From Lama guanicoe (lineage: Eukaryota), in contig MU054001.1 in assembly GCA_013239625.1 (NCBI GenBank), positions 4,070,167 through 4,134,166 of the forward strand: DNA of 64,000 nucleotides, written 5' to 3'. The number at the start of each line of letters is the position of its first letter. Positions within the stretch are counted from its first letter, which is position 1. Below, in pieces: positions 1 through 11,852 of this stretch. The notes under the pieces were generated by a model. That model saw only the letters and a list, made by a program, of their open reading frames with translations, was not told where the DNA came from and made no database searches. Position numbers and translations under genes: made by a program.

Positions 1-148
1 CCACTTAGACAGATTTTAATAACTTTGAATGTCAGGAAGATGGTCCTCCCGGGAAACACCTAGAATGTTTTACAACATTTCCCATGCTTTTTGCATTAAC
101 CTTCAAGCTCTGCATATTCTCTCTAAAATACTGTAAAGTTCAGCCATG

Positions 149-175
149 ATACACACACACACACATACACACACA
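149..175. repeat. (CA)n microsatellite
   Basis: Direct: acacacacacacacatacacacaca. Confidence 0.9.
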
Positions 176-189
176 GGGGTTAGGGATAA

Positions 190-370
190 ATCAAATTCTG
201 GAATCTTTACCTTATAACTAATTCACTGTGCAACCATGGGCATGTAACTTACCCACTCTGGGCCTATGTTTCTTTATTTCTAAGAAGAGGTAATGAAACC
301 TATGACTTAGGATGGCAACAAATTAAATGAGATGATGGGGGTAAAGTCACTTCTTGTCAAGACTCAGAAA
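190..370 (+). mobile_element. MIR SINE (decayed)
   Basis: Core resembles MIR: gggcatgtaacttacccactctgggcctatgtttctttatttctaa...attaaatgagatgatg. Confidence 0.7.
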
Positions 371-439
371 TTGTCAGTTGTCACATTACTGTTGCATCTC
401 AACCTCTATATGGTCTGTCAAAGCCTGCAGAGTGCCTGA

Positions 440-590
440 ACTTTATTTTATCATTTAAGATTCACAGCCAGGAAAGGGTAATGCCCTATGTTGCAGGTGA
501 GGCAACTGAGGGCCAAAGAGGCCAAGTGATTCGGCCAAGGTTATGCAGGCAACTCAAAACTAGTTCTGTTAGCCTGGCTCTCAGATGCCA
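440..590 (-). mobile_element. MIR SINE (decayed)
   Basis: gcaggtgaggcaactgagggccaaagaggccaagtgattcggccaaggtta is the reverse MIR core. Confidence 0.7.
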
Positions 591-829
591 AGCCCAGGGC
601 CCCTCCAGGTTCACACCACCTCCCTGGCCTCCATCTGGGTGACCTGGCTCTCTCAGCTACCTAAAGCCTGGAAAGTTTCGTAGGAATCAGGTCTGGGCCC
701 TTGGTCCTCACATGGCCAAGAGTAGCAAGAGTGGCTGCAAATACCCAGGAGAGGAGAGAAGGGAAGCCTCTTCCAGTTCACAGTGCATGAAGGGAAAGTA
801 GCTTCTTAAAGGACCCGAGTAAGGAGAGA

Positions 830-1343
830 CCTTCGAAGAACGCAAACCCAGAGTACAGAAATTAAAAAGACTGAGCCGCTTGACTACATAAAAGTGTTCA
901 TCTTTTGTAGGGCAAAAGATGCCAAAAGCAAAGTTAATAGACAAACAGCCAATTGGGAAAAAATATTTGTGATGCAGAGGACAAGGGGTTACCATCTATA
1001 ATATACAAAGGGCTCTTACAAAGTGAAGAGAAAAGGGCAAACAACCCAAAAGAAATTATGGCAAAGGACGTGAATAGGCAATTCACAAAAGAATGAAGCC
1101 AAATGGCCACAAACAAATGAAAAGATGTTCGCACTCATTAGTGGTCAGGGAAATGCAAATTAAACTGACAATGAGATATCACAGAGGAAATTTAAAAGAA
1201 CAAGAACGCAATTGCTGGCAGGGATTTAGGGAAAAGCGACGTTCATATGTTGCTGCTGAATATGTAAATTATTGCTGTCTCTTTTGGAAGAAATCTGGCA
1301 ACACCAATTAAAACTTTAGGAGTTACGTTAAAATTTTGCATTT

Positions 1344-1404
<61 letters not shown>

Positions 1405-1530
1405 TTACATATATATATAGATTTCCTTTGACCCAGCAATCTTAACCTGATAGAATCAGTTAAACTACCCTATCCTAAAGACAAATGACAAAACATGCTT
1501 ATTGAATTATTATTTATATGGTTAAAAAAA
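830..1530 (+). mobile_element. Old L1 (L1ME-like) ORF2 C-terminal remnant
   Basis: ORF 1093-1311 gives KQMKRCSHSLVVREMQIKLTMRYH, matching the L1 ORF2p C-terminus ([24 protein letters not shown]); interrupted by a microsatellite. Confidence 0.85.
1343..1419. repeat. Compound (TA)n(TG)n(TA)n microsatellite
   Basis: Direct. Confidence 0.95.
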
Positions 1531-1547
1531 AAACTCTCAAAGGAAAG

Positions 1548-1866
1548 TGTGGCAGACTGACACAACGGAAGACTTGGCTTCCCAGCCTCCCTTGCTGCAT
1601 GGTCGGGACCACGTGACTGGGTTCTAGCTAATGGACTGGGGGAAGAAGTGATGTGTGGCCATAAAGCCCACTGCATGATCCCCTACCCTCTCTTCCCCTC
1701 TGTGGAGACCGCCCAATCTCTGAGTCCTTGTTTGGAGAACATCATCCCAGGGCTGCCCAACCACACTGCATTGGGACAGGAATGAGAAATAAACTCTTGC
1801 TGTGTTCAGGTGCTGCAATTTCATGGTTGCCTTGTGGCCACAGCGTAGGCTCACTTTAATGAATAC
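1548..1866 (+). mobile_element. MaLR LTR (old MLT1 type)
   Basis: Starts tgtggcagac; contains cacgtgactgggttctagctaatgga...agaagtgatgtgtg and gagaaataaactcttgctgtgtt. Confidence 0.75.
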
Positions 1867-1869
1867 TCA

Positions 1870-2310
1870 GCCTGAGTGTCCAGCCATGGAAAATGACTGA
1901 CTGATGGCACAGCACAACCTAGCCAACTCCTCAGCCTGTATGAGGAATGAATTACAGCTAGACTAAGGGATTTCCACACCATCGGAGGAGGAATGTGACA
2001 TGCACACACAGAGAAGCACATGTAATATCTTGTTTTGATGATACAAACAATGATGGAGAAGACCCTCTAACAGTACACGTGTATGTGTCTGTGCAGGTGT
2101 GTGATATGTGCACATGCGGCTATGTGAGAATGGACAGAGACCTGAAAGGATACTTCTAGCTTGCAAGCATGAGTTGGGAGGAAGAGGGAGAACAGAAAGT
2201 GAGGAAGACCAAGCAATAAAGTGAAAACATGCATCAACAAACATAGTTTCCCTGAGTACATTTTTGCATTTATGAATGTGCAGCTGTAAACATAAAAATG
2301 TTTTCATATT
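1870..2310 (+). mobile_element. Old L1 3' UTR remnant (continuation of the 830-1530 element)
   Basis: gaggaatgaattacagcta...; collinear with the upstream L1 split by the MLT1. Confidence 0.55.
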
Positions 2311-2679
2311 AGAGAATAAAATCTATTTTCTTTAGTGCAGGAGGGAAAAAGCACTGATGTAGCTAGGGAATGAAGGGGAGAGGGGGCACCAGGAGTGGAT
2401 ACAAAAAGTCCAGTCCTTGCCTCAAATCTGATCAAACCTTTCCGACTGGCTGAGTCTGGCCGGGACATCTCCCTCGCTGAGATGCGGCTACAAGCAAGGA
2501 GAAGGGATAGGAACCAGGCTTTAGGGACCATCCTGGTGTGGGGGCTGCAACCAGAGGGTGGGCCTGCCTCCTAGTCTTCTGAGAAAATGGGGACACCTTC
2601 CGTCAGTGGCTCAAGAGCTAAGCAAGCATGTTAGGGAGAATCTGCCAGAACAAGAAGGACCATAAGGTTAGAGATCATA

Positions 2680-2965
2680 ACAGTCAAAAGTCACAAACTG
2701 GGCTCCCAGAAGTCAAATTCGATCATAGTCAGAGTTTGTTTGGCTTACACAGCAATATCTGAAATAATTGGTTCCCAGCATATTCAAGTGGCAGATTTCA
2801 TGTACACACACACGCACACTTCAAATTTTGTATCTCCAGCTTATAGTGGAAAAAAAAAAACCAGATTATCTGGCCACACTGTGCTCACACTTCTGAATGG
2901 CTACAGTTGGCTAGAGCTTTAGACCCTTTAGACAGCACATGTGTTTGCTATAGTCACCACTCCCT
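2680..2965 (+). mobile_element. MER102-like hAT-Charlie DNA transposon fossil
   Basis: gtcacaaactgg...tttgtttggcttacacag...cagatttca...atctggccacactg...caccactccc; similar to the 44960 copy. Confidence 0.7.
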
Positions 2966-2969
2966 ACCG

Positions 2970-3905
2970 GTGCACCAGGTCACTTCACCCACAGACCAGC
3001 CTGGAAGTCACATAGGTGGGTGTGACCCCACACCTCCTTCGGCCCCTTACCTACCTTCTCTGACTGGACAAAGTGAAAGTCACACCCTGTGGGCTTTAGT
3101 GGAAGACAGACAAGTCTGGATTCTGGCTTTACCTGTTAGTATCTGCAATCACTCCTCCACTGCCTCAACTCAGCTAAGCTGGAACCACATTGTCCCAGAA
3201 CTTCGCTATGGTTCTGAGGTAGTGTTGGCCAAAACAGACCTTATGTGTGAGGTCTGGAAGGCGGGGTTGAAGCAGCTGCTGTACATTTTGTGCTCTGGGG
3301 TCACGCAGGGTCCCAGGCCCTGTGGCAGCTTACCTACACTGCCAGCGATCTGCTGGCCATTCTCGTTGACAGGGGTGGCACCTGGCTTCTCCAGCTCCTT
3401 CCAGATCTCCCTCAGCATCTTCCAGTTCTGGGCCAGGTGTGTATGCAGCCCCATGGTGAAGCACATCAGCTTCTCCTGCAGGTCACCCTGGGCACCCAGG
3501 TTGGAGAAGGTGAGAGACAGACACTACTTCTAATCTGTCCTCACTCTTATCCACATCCAGCTTTCCTTCCCTGGCATCACTCAGAGTGACTTTAGGCTCA
3601 ACCCCAGATGCAGAGAAAGAACAAGTTTCTTCTATAGAGCACAGGGAACCATATTCAATACCTTATAGTAACCCATAATGAAAAGGAATATGAAAATGAA
3701 TATGTGTACGTACATGTATGGCTGAAATATTACACTATACACCAAAAATAGACACACTGTAAACAGACTATACTTCAATTAAAAAAAAAAAGACCCAGAT
3801 TCAGAGGTAACAGCCTGCCCAATTACATAAGGTCTAACGCCCATAATAAATTCATTTTCTGTATTACTTATTGAGGTTCTGCTTCCCTGATCAAACTCTG
3901 ACACA
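2970..3905 (+). mobile_element. Ancient ERVL-type solo LTR (LTR40/41/52-like)
   Basis: 3' end cataataaattc...ggttctgcttccctgatcaaactctgacaca is typical of these LTRs; 5' boundary uncertain. Confidence 0.6.
3616..3793 (+). mobile_element. 5'-truncated cetartiodactyl-type L1 3' end
   Basis: agcacagggaaccatattcaata...actatacttcaatt plus poly(A); TSD CCCAGAT(G/T)CAGAG at 3603-3615 and 3794-3806. Confidence 0.9.
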
Positions 3906-4095
3906 TCTGTGTGATCTCAGAAAAGTTACTTAACCTCTCTGAGCCTCACTTTCCTCAACTTAAAATGCTGTCTAATGAACGCCAATAATAACACTATAAC
4001 CTCATATGATTATGGTGAGGACAAGATGGATCCTATATGTAAAGTGCTTAACAGAGTGCCTGGCATGTAGCAAATGTTATGTAAGTGCTATCTAT
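3906..4095 (+). mobile_element. MIR SINE
   Basis: aagttacttaacctctctgagcctcactttcctca...gtaaagtgcttaacagagtgcctggcatgtag. Confidence 0.85.
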
Positions 4096-4110
4096 TTTAA
4101 AACTGCAGTG

Positions 4111-4246
4111 TTTTTTAAATATTTTTACTGCACAATTTTAATATATTTTCCATATTTTCCCCTTAATAAGGGCACTGGGGATTGAACTCAGGACCTCATG
4201 CAAGCCAAGCACATGCTCTATCCCTGAACTATACCCCTCACCCCAC
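4111..4246 (-). mobile_element. tRNA-derived camelid SINE (Vic-1-like)
   Basis: Minus strand gggtatagttcagggatagagcatgtgcttggcttgcatgaggtcctgagttcaatcccc (A/B boxes) plus AT tail; TSD AAAACTGCAGTG at 4099-4110 and 4247-4258. Confidence 0.85.
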
Positions 4247-4739
4247 AAAACTGCAGTGTTTTTAAATGGGCACTGTACATTTATCTGTATAACATTGGGA
4301 AAGAAATAAAGTAACTGAAGATCCCTAGTTTGATCCTTCATCAACTAAATTAACAATATTTCTTCCTCACTCTGCAATATTTTAAACTGTCCCCAAATGT
4401 ATGTATGTGTGTGCGTGCATGTGTGTGCATGAAAAATGGGAAATTTGAAAATTCTAAAATAGTTCTTTTATTTAAATTTAGTACAATCTCTCTTAGAGTG
4501 CACCCCAAGGACGTGATGAAATGAAGATTTATGCTTGCGGGACTGTCAGGAGTCCTCTCAGGGGCCCCGCCCTGAGGGTGAGAGAATCTGGGTTGGACAG
4601 AGGGAGAAGCTGGGCAGCGATCCTGCTAGAACAGAGACCTCTGGCCACCCCGCAGAAGGCTTTGGAATCCTGAAGGCCCTTCAGAGTTGTCTCAACCTGA
4701 GGCAGGATCTGGCCTTTGTACTAGTCCTAGCCAAGAGGT

Positions 4740-5215
4740 AGAATAGCCAAGAGGTAGAAACAACCCAAATGATCATAGACGGGTGAAATAAAATGTGGAA
4801 TATACATCCAATAGAATTAGCCTTAGAAAGGAATGAGATTCTGACACATGCTATAACATGCATGAACCTTGAAGACATTATGCTAAGTGAAATAAGGCAG
4901 TCAATTTCAGATCCAATATTGTCTGATCCCACTTATTTGAGGTACATATAACAGGTACATTCATAGAGACAGTAAACAGAACAGTGGTTTCCAGGAGCTG
5001 AGGGAGAGGGGATAGTGTTTAGTGGGTACAGAGTTTCAGTCTGAGAAGATTAAAACATTCTGGAGATGGATGATGGTGATGGTTGCACAACAATGTGAAT
5101 ACACTTAATATCACTGAACTGTATACTTTAAAATGGTTAAAATGGCAAATTTTGTGTTTTGTATGTTTTACCACAATTTTTTTTAAAAAAATTGAAAATA
5201 TAAAAGATTTTTAAA
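4740..5215 (+). mobile_element. L1MB-like 3' end
   Basis: catgaaccttgaagacattatgctaagtgaaataag...actgaactgtatactttaaaatggttaaaatgg plus A-rich tail. Confidence 0.85.
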
Positions 5216-5239
5216 AACCCTTCACAATAACAACCACAC

Positions 5240-5478
5240 CTCAGAATAAATCCAGTCAGAAATTCACAGGGCTCTGGAGAAAACCATAAAACTTTACTGA
5301 AGTGATGTAAAGGTTGATCTTGAGTGGAGATATACCATGTTCATGGAGGAAAAGAACCAATGTTGTAAAGAGCGCAAATCTGCCCAAATTCACCCATAAT
5401 ATAATGCAATTCCAACCAAGACCCCAATAGCACTTTTCGGTGAACTCGATAAGCTGATTCTAAAAATCCTAAGGAGGA
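5240..5478 (+). mobile_element. Old L1 ORF2 fragment (resumes at ~6030-6092)
   Basis: tggagatataccatgttcatgg...aatgcaattccaaccaag...gataagctgattctaaaa. Confidence 0.7.
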
Positions 5479-5479
5479 C

Positions 5480-5990
5480 CATCATACAAAAATAGCATGC
5501 ACTCAGAAAAGTGCACAAATTAGAACTGTACAGCTCAGTGAAGTTTTACAAAGTGAAACATACCATTTCACCAAGATTCAGATTAAGAAATAGAATGCTG
5601 CCCCAGAAGACCTCCTTGTACCCTGCTGCAGTCACTACCACCCTTAAGGGTAACCATTCTCCTGGCCTCTGTCTTCATCAACTAGCTTCACCTAAGCCTG
5701 GAATCGTACCGTTTGTACTTTTTTGCATCTGGCCTCTTTCACTCAACATCATGATTGTGCAATTCATCCACGTTGTTGTAAACTGTCAATTGTTTAGTCT
5801 CATTTCTGTGTACTATCCCAATGTACAACTATCTCACCATCTATTTATCTATTTTACTGTTCACAGGCATTTGGGTAGTTTCCAGCTTGGAGATATTGCA
5901 AACAGCGTTCTGGTACTTGTCTTTTGATCCACATTTATGCCCGAATTTGTAGGGCATATTCCTAAGAGTAGAACTACCGGGTCATCAAGA
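5480..5990 (-). mobile_element. L1ME-like 3' end, inserted in the preceding L1
   Basis: aaagtgcacaaattagaactgtacagctcagtgaag...tttcactcaacatcatg...catttgggtagtttccag. Confidence 0.8.
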
Positions 5991-6115
5991 AAAAGTTTTT
6001 AAAAAAACGGGATGTTTGTGTGTGTGGTGAGAATGAGGAGATCTTGCCCTACTGGAGATCAAAATAAATTACAAAGCTATAGTAATTAAGAGGCACACAC
6101 ATGAACACATTCCAG

Positions 6116-6119
<4 letters not shown>

Positions 6120-6150
<31 letters not shown>

Positions 6151-6210
6151 ATGGGCACACACAGGCATGCACACAGAACTCATGCACACACATACATTTA
6201 CGCACAGGCA
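6120..6210. repeat. (CA)n microsatellite with degenerate extension
   Basis: Direct. Confidence 0.9.
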
Positions 6211-7334
6211 TGTACTCTCGCCCCACATACTCCACCAGTCAGCACAGATAACTCATAGCTGGACTTCCCAGACCAGATAACTGAGTGTCGCGGTCCCTTT
6301 CAAGTGGTATCAGAGCACAGGCCTGCAAGTATCCAGGAGACGGCTGATGGAGAAGGGGAAGAGAGAGAGAGAGAACCCCCCTCCCCTACGCCCACTGGCT
6401 TTAAAGGGAGAACAAAGTGAGCGGGATCAGAGGGTGCGAGGTGATGGCAGCGGCGCTGACACCATTTATCACTGCCAGATGTGTGAAGGGTCAGGCTGTG
6501 GGGCATTCGGGAAGTGCCAGTGGGGGTGCCTGGACCCCAGACACGGAGAGAAATAACCTGTCCAGTGGGCGAGGGACCAGGGAAGGGCGATCAGGACCCT
6601 CTTCTTAACAAAATGACAATGTGCTTTCTTTTCCGTCCCGGCCAGAAGGGACTAGGGGCCAGGACAGAGGCAGCGACAGCTTAATAAAGGGCTGTCAGTC
6701 AAAGCTCTAAAAATACCCCCCTGCTGCCAGCAGGCTCACTTCTGTGCCCTCCCAGGCTTCCTGCTGACTGAATGGTCCCTTGGTGACACATAAGGACAAA
6801 TGTTTGCCCAGGAAGGCCTGGTGTCAGGCAACACACATAGTCCCACTGTGGCTGGCATCTGTCCTCTCCTGTACCGCACCCCTCCAGGACCCTCAGATAG
6901 GCACACCCTGGGCCGGGAAGGCATACGTTTGCCCTGGGCATCTCCATCCTCTGGGAAGGCGTGGAACCAAACACCTCTCCTCTCCAGTGATTCCCAAGCC
7001 CAAAGAGAGCCAAGTTTCACAGGGGATCCCAGAGACTCCCAGTCAGATGGGGACCACAAGCTTCAGGCAAGTTCCCGGTCTGGAATCAAAAACCATCTCA
7101 GCTTCTGCCAAGTTCCCAGTTTGGTGGGGGAGGCCCAACACCTGTCCTTGGAGAGATCCTTGTCTGTTGAGAGAAGCATAGCAGCCACTGCCAGGGAATC
7201 ATTTCTGGTCTGATGGAGAAGGCTCAGCGCTCGCCCTGAGGAACTCCCAGTCTGATGAGGGAGGTAGGGCTTCCTAAAGACAGGTTCTCACACAGTCACA
7301 ATAGCAGACTTTAAGCCAAAATGTTCTTAGAGTC

Positions 7335-7480
7335 AAGGGGTCCTCAAACTTTACGGCATGTCCAATTCACTGGGAATTTTTTAAAATACAGATTTCATTC
7401 TGTAGGCCTGGGGTGGGCCTGAGCTTCTGCACTTCAGACAAGATCCCCAGTGATGCCAGTGTTTGCTGAGTAGCAAGATG
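7335..7480. mobile_element. MER5-like hAT fossil
   Basis: gtcctcaaacttt...ttaaaatacagatt...gtaggcctggggtgggcctgag...ttctgcact...cccagtgatgc. Confidence 0.7.
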
Positions 7481-7604
7481 AGATATAGCAAGAGTGTAAA
7501 TAACCAAATTCTATTGGCTGTTCTGCTGCCAGAAAGAACCCTAAGCTGAGGCTACCTGGGAGGGCTTCTGGGAGGAAGTAGGTAGAATCCGATGGGCAGA
7601 GGGA

Positions 7605-7800
7605 GAACTCTGGAGTCAACTGACCCTAGGTCCAAATCCTGGCTCTGGCATTTTATTAGCTGTGTGGCTTTGGGCAAGTTTCTTGACCTCTCTGAAATGA
7701 GGGCAACAATGGCCACACCTACCTCACAAGGTGGTGTGAACAGATGGTACACTAGCACAGGCCTGGCACACACCTGGCACATGGTAGGGGCTCAGGATGT
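7605..7800 (+). mobile_element. MIR SINE
   Basis: aaatcctggctctggcattttattagctgtgtggctttgggcaagtttcttgacctctctg. Confidence 0.85.
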
Positions 7801-7949
7801 GCCAGCCTCTGCTTTTATAATAAACGGCAACCACTGTGCCCACACCTGAGAGGGCCGAACCTCAGACCGAGCTGGAAGGGGGCTGCTCCTAAAGGCAGGG
7901 ATGCAGACAGGCCCTGAGCGTCAGGTGGGCGGCCGTGGAGGTACTGGCC

Positions 7950-8075
7950 TTTCCGAGCCTGTTTCCTCACCTGTAAAATGGAGATCATAGCAAAGCCTGT
8001 CTCTACGGATGTAGGGAACTCCTACACGTGCAGCCGTGGTGCACAGCGCCTGGCACACAGTAGGCGCTCAGTAAA
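7950..8075 (+). mobile_element. MIR SINE
   Basis: gagcctgtttcctcacctgtaaaatggagatcatag...gcctggcacacagtaggcgctcagtaaa. Confidence 0.8.
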
Positions 8076-8079
8076 GCTC

Positions 8080-8640
8080 TCTCCGGGCAGGGGACAGCAG
8101 TGCAGGGGGCCCCGTTGGCCCGGGGCAGGCTGAGCGCAGGAAGCCAGCGCGCCCGCCCCGCCCCCCACCCCCGCCCCCNNNNNNNNNNNNNNNNNNNNNN
8201 NNNNNNNNNNNNNNNNNNNNNNNNNNNNNNNNNNNNNNNNNNNNNNNNNNNNNNNNNNNNNNNNNNNNNNNCCCACCCCGAGGCCGCCTTTGAGCCCTGC
8301 GCTGCGCTTTGAAGTCCCAGATGGGCCTGGAGGAAAGAGGATCCCCGCGCCCAGCCCCCAGCCCGCACCTGGATAAACACGCGCCGCCAGCCCCGGACCG
8401 ACGGCCTGGCGGCAGGGACGGCCAGGCGGCCGGAGCGGCCCGGCAGCGGCTCACTTCAAAGCGCCAGCGGCCGCCAGCGGGAGGGGGCCCTAATCAGGCC
8501 CGGCTGCCGCCGCCTGGGCGCAGAGCCCTGCCCGCCCGGCCCGCGCCGCCCCGGCCATCTGCTCCGCGTTAGAGCGCGCACCGATGGGGGCAGGGGCGGC
8601 GGGGATTGAATGGCAGAGTCACGGGCTGTCCGAGTTGGGA
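8080..8640. promoter_or_regulatory. CpG island (orphan; candidate promoter or enhancer)
   Basis: Very high GC and CpG density versus flanks; GC boxes; TCF/LEF cores CTTTGAAG 8307-8314 and CTTCAAAG 8454-8461. Confidence 0.8.
8179..8271. other. Assembly gap (N run)
   Basis: Run of N between C-rich flanks. Confidence 0.99.
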
Positions 8641-8685
8641 GGCCCCAGCAGTCATCTTCCCCAGGCTAATTCCATTACGTCACCA

Positions 8686-8910
8686 CTTCATTAATTCATT
8701 CGTTAATTCAGGAAATATGTATTGAGTGCCTGGTGGGTGCCAGGCACCGTGCTAGGCAAGGGAAATACAGTTGGTTCCTTCATTCATTCACTTAACGAAT
8801 ATTTGTTGAATTTCTATATCCTAGCAGACCCTGGGAGTACAATTCATTCATTCATTTGCTCATTCATCCAATAAATAGTTTTTGAGTGTCTACTATGTGG
8901 TATGTGCTGT
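8686..8910 (-). mobile_element. Three consecutive L2 3'-end fragments
   Basis: Repeated ttcattcatt...atttgttga/tattgagtgcc units. Confidence 0.7.
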
Positions 8911-8989
8911 CCCCAATATCTCCCTCCAGCCCCACTGCCCAGCCACCCCTAAACTAAGCACCAGCTCCTCCTTGCTCTCTCTCTCCCAC

Positions 8990-9165
8990 GTCCATGCTTT
9001 AGCTCTTGTTCTCTCTGCCTGAAATGCCCCCCTCTGCCCTGAACAAACTCCTATTCATCCTACAAGAGCCCAATATAAAAATGAAGGCTCCTTTGTGAAG
9101 CCTTCCCCTCTCTGGAAGTCCCCATCCTAAGCCCATACGGTGCCTCCCTCCCACTAGAGCACACT
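8990..9165 (+). mobile_element. L2 fragment
   Basis: ctcttgttctctctgcctgaaatgccc...aactcctattcatcctacaagagccca...gtgaagccttccc. Confidence 0.65.
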
Positions 9166-10498
9166 GAATGAACAGTGATCTATTCCTTAGAAAGGTCTGT
9201 GTGCCACGCCCCACTCCCAGCTCCCACCTGGGCCCTACCAGTCACCAGTTGTGTGGTTGTGTAACATCTCTGTGCCTCAGTTTCTCATCAAGAACCAAGA
9301 TCCTCTTTGCAGGGTTGTGGGTTAAACCCAAGGCCAGGCAGGGTGGGGCAAGAGCCCAGTAGAAGGCAGCAATGGTTTCCTGATCCTCTTTACAGCCCTC
9401 TGGCTCCAGGAATCAAAGCTTGGTTCATGCACCTCCTCCTGGAAGCCCTCCTAACCTCCTGAGAACAGGCTTACTCTCCCTCTGTTGAGTTCTTGCCAGT
9501 CTAATTCAGCCTACTGGCCACTATCATCCAGCTCCTGGCTACTTGGGACCCACCAGGCCCCATGCTCCAGGGTGCAGGGAGCTGGCCCTGTGTCTCTCTT
9601 TTCTCCTCCTGCAGAGCCTGGCACATCACTTAGCATATCACACATCCTGGATCCAGCAGATGAGGGTCCCTCTCAGGCCCTTGCTCTGCCCAGTGGGGAG
9701 TCTGGACTACGTAGGCCACTCAAGTACTGGGCTACAGCCCCCAGGGTGCAAAGAGGTACCCTGAGAGCGAGAGTTTCACCCACAGGAGGAGTGGGCAGTG
9801 GGGCGAGGGCGGACACAGGCTGCCGTCCCATGCCAACCTGCCATAAAGAGGCAACACCAGGGATGGAGGCTGAGACGCCTGTGCAGGAGGCCAGCAGGCC
9901 AGAGCAGTCAGGGTTGTCGGGGAGTCTGAAAGGGGCTGGTTCCTAGAGACGCTGGCTGGCAGACAGACAGACAGATAGGAAAAGCACTGGACCCCTGGGG
10001 TCATGGTCTTCCCAGGCTTTCAGTACCCCTCTCCATCCTCTGCTTCCTGCAGAGCTCACAGCCTCTGTCCCTGATGTGGCTTCTGTGTCTCTCTTGGCCC
10101 CTTGGCCACCTGTGGGTCAGTGAGAAGGAACTTGGAAGAGGAGGTACTTGGAAAAGTCCCAAGCACAGGGCCTGTAGTAAATGCCTAGTGGCTGTTTTGA
10201 GGGAAAGGAAGTGACTTTTGTGTTTAAGCCATAGCCTCATGACAAAAGGCACTCACTCGCTGCAGGAGATGGAGGGGTCCCCTGAGAACATGAGTGAGAG
10301 GATCTGGGAAGGCAATCCAGGCAGTGAGCCCTCCTGTGGTCCCTCGAAGCGGAGTGCACAGCTTCCCGCCACTTTCTCCAAGCGCATGCTGCATTCTCAG
10401 TCCCTAGGGGAAGAGGAAGTCTTCCTTTGGTAAGTTGGTCCCCAAGCAAGATAGAACAGAGCTTCATGCTGGGCCTTCTCCTGCCGAATGGGCTTTTT

Positions 10499-10607
10499 AG
10501 GGAGTAATTAGGTTTATTTATTCGTTAGTTTTTCAATGGAGGGGATTGAACGCAGGACCTCGTGCATGCCAAGCATACGCTCTACCACTTGAGCTCTACC
10601 CTCCCCC
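10499..10607 (-). mobile_element. tRNA-derived camelid SINE (Vic-1-like)
   Basis: Minus strand ggggagggtagagctcaagtggtagagcgtatgcttggcatgcacgaggtcctgcgttcaatcccc; GGCTTTTT on both sides (10491, 10613). Confidence 0.9.
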
Positions 10608-10634
10608 AAGTAGGCTTTTTGAGGGTACAGCTGC

Positions 10635-11090
10635 CTTAGCTCCACAGCCCCAGGAGCAGACCCCGAGGTGAGGATTCAGGCACACATATGATGTGTTCAG
10701 GAAGTGCTCTCAGGGGACACTGGCAGGGGAATGGGGGGAGCAGGGTGGGGAAGAGCAGGACCAAGCACAGTGTGATCTCAGGCAAAGCACCAAAGAGGGC
10801 AGCTTCAACCTGATCCCGTAGGGGGCCTCTGGAGGGTGAGTTACACCCTGGAATTGTTCCAGCTGGGTCAAGGGGGCTTTCACACGCCTGTACTAGGCAG
10901 GGCATGTTAATTCCCAGGCACTTTAGACTCTTCGTGCTGTGGACAAAAAGAGCTGGAACCCCCTAGGAGTCCTCCAAAGAAGAGCCCTAGGTGCTGGCCC
11001 CTGACAGCACCTACAAGTGGGGCTAGGTGCTCAGAAATGATTAAAAAATGGGAGGGCCCAGTGGGTTGTCCACCAATCCAAGATCTTCTT
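10635..11090 (-). mobile_element. Ancient ERVL-type LTR (LTR16/33-like)
   Basis: ggagcagaccccgaggtgaggattcag...caggaagtgctctcaggg resembles the reverse LTR 3' end; similar to the 20020 and 62265 copies. Confidence 0.6.
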
Positions 11091-11759
11091 TGACCCTACC
11101 CCTTTGAACACTTTCTGGGAAAAGAGCCTCTGGGGGCCATCCCAGGGCATGGCAGGCAAGAAGATTTCCCCAGATGCTCAGGGCAGAGCCAAAAGGTCTG
11201 AGGGACCTGTGGCTCAGGGTCAGGGTACCTACTGCTGTTGGGTAGGGGGCCTGGCACATGTGGCCTGAGGGGGTTTTCACCAAGTCATGGTTTGACCAAG
11301 TTACTGCCCAGTTGAAAGAAGCTCCCCCTCAGAGTCAGGATAGGCCAGGGTTCAAGAGCCCGAGAGTGCCATGGAATCTGGCACCAGCATTTTCCAGCAG
11401 CGTGTGATTGGGCAAGTTATTTTACCTCTCTGAGCCTCAGCTTCCTCAGCAGTAGAATGGAGATAATTATACCAATTGATGAGCACTTGCAACAAGCCAG
11501 GTGGTGCCAAGCTGGTTTGAGACTGCTGGGCTTCCCAGGTCCATACATCTCATTTTTCACAGGTAGTGAGGCCCATTCAACCTTTCCAACCAACCACCTG
11601 TCTTGAATTCCATTCATGTCATCAGTATTAAAAAAAAAATTTACTCCTAACAACCCTCATGCTAATTAACAAATTCTTGATGTTGACTTTGATAACAATT
11701 TTTGAAGGTGTGGATTCCTGATGAGGACCCTTCATATATTACTGAACTATCCCTGGCAA

Positions 11760-11852
11760 GGGGACCATGTACAGATGCACAGGTTGTGCACTGCACAACT
11801 TCAGGAGGTACCATCACAAAACCATAGTATGAATGGCACCTCCTGGAACTTT
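11760..11852. mobile_element. MER91-like hAT-Tip100 MITE
   Basis: caggttgtgcactgcacaacttcaggaggtaccatcaca...tatgaatggcacctcctgga; palindromic. Confidence 0.75.

Noticed and set aside
1093..1311. 72-aa ORF
   Set aside because: Decayed L1 ORF2 C-terminus, not a host gene.
3206..3533. ORFs of 86 aa (-) and 208 aa (+) that look exon-like
   Set aside because: They lie in what appears to be an ancient ERVL LTR; no recognisable protein family and no partner exons.
4111..4246. tRNA-like A/B boxes here and at 10499, 26458, 29263 and 36122
   Set aside because: AT-rich tails, TSDs and mutual divergence show these are SINEs, not tRNA genes.
6707..6716. MEF2-like CTAAAAATAC (also CTAAAAATAA at 27192)
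   Set aside because: Isolated single motifs; insufficient to call an element.
8003..8572. Pro/Arg/Ala-rich ORFs across the CpG island
   Set aside because: Expected from stop-poor GC-rich DNA and the N run; no recognisable domain.
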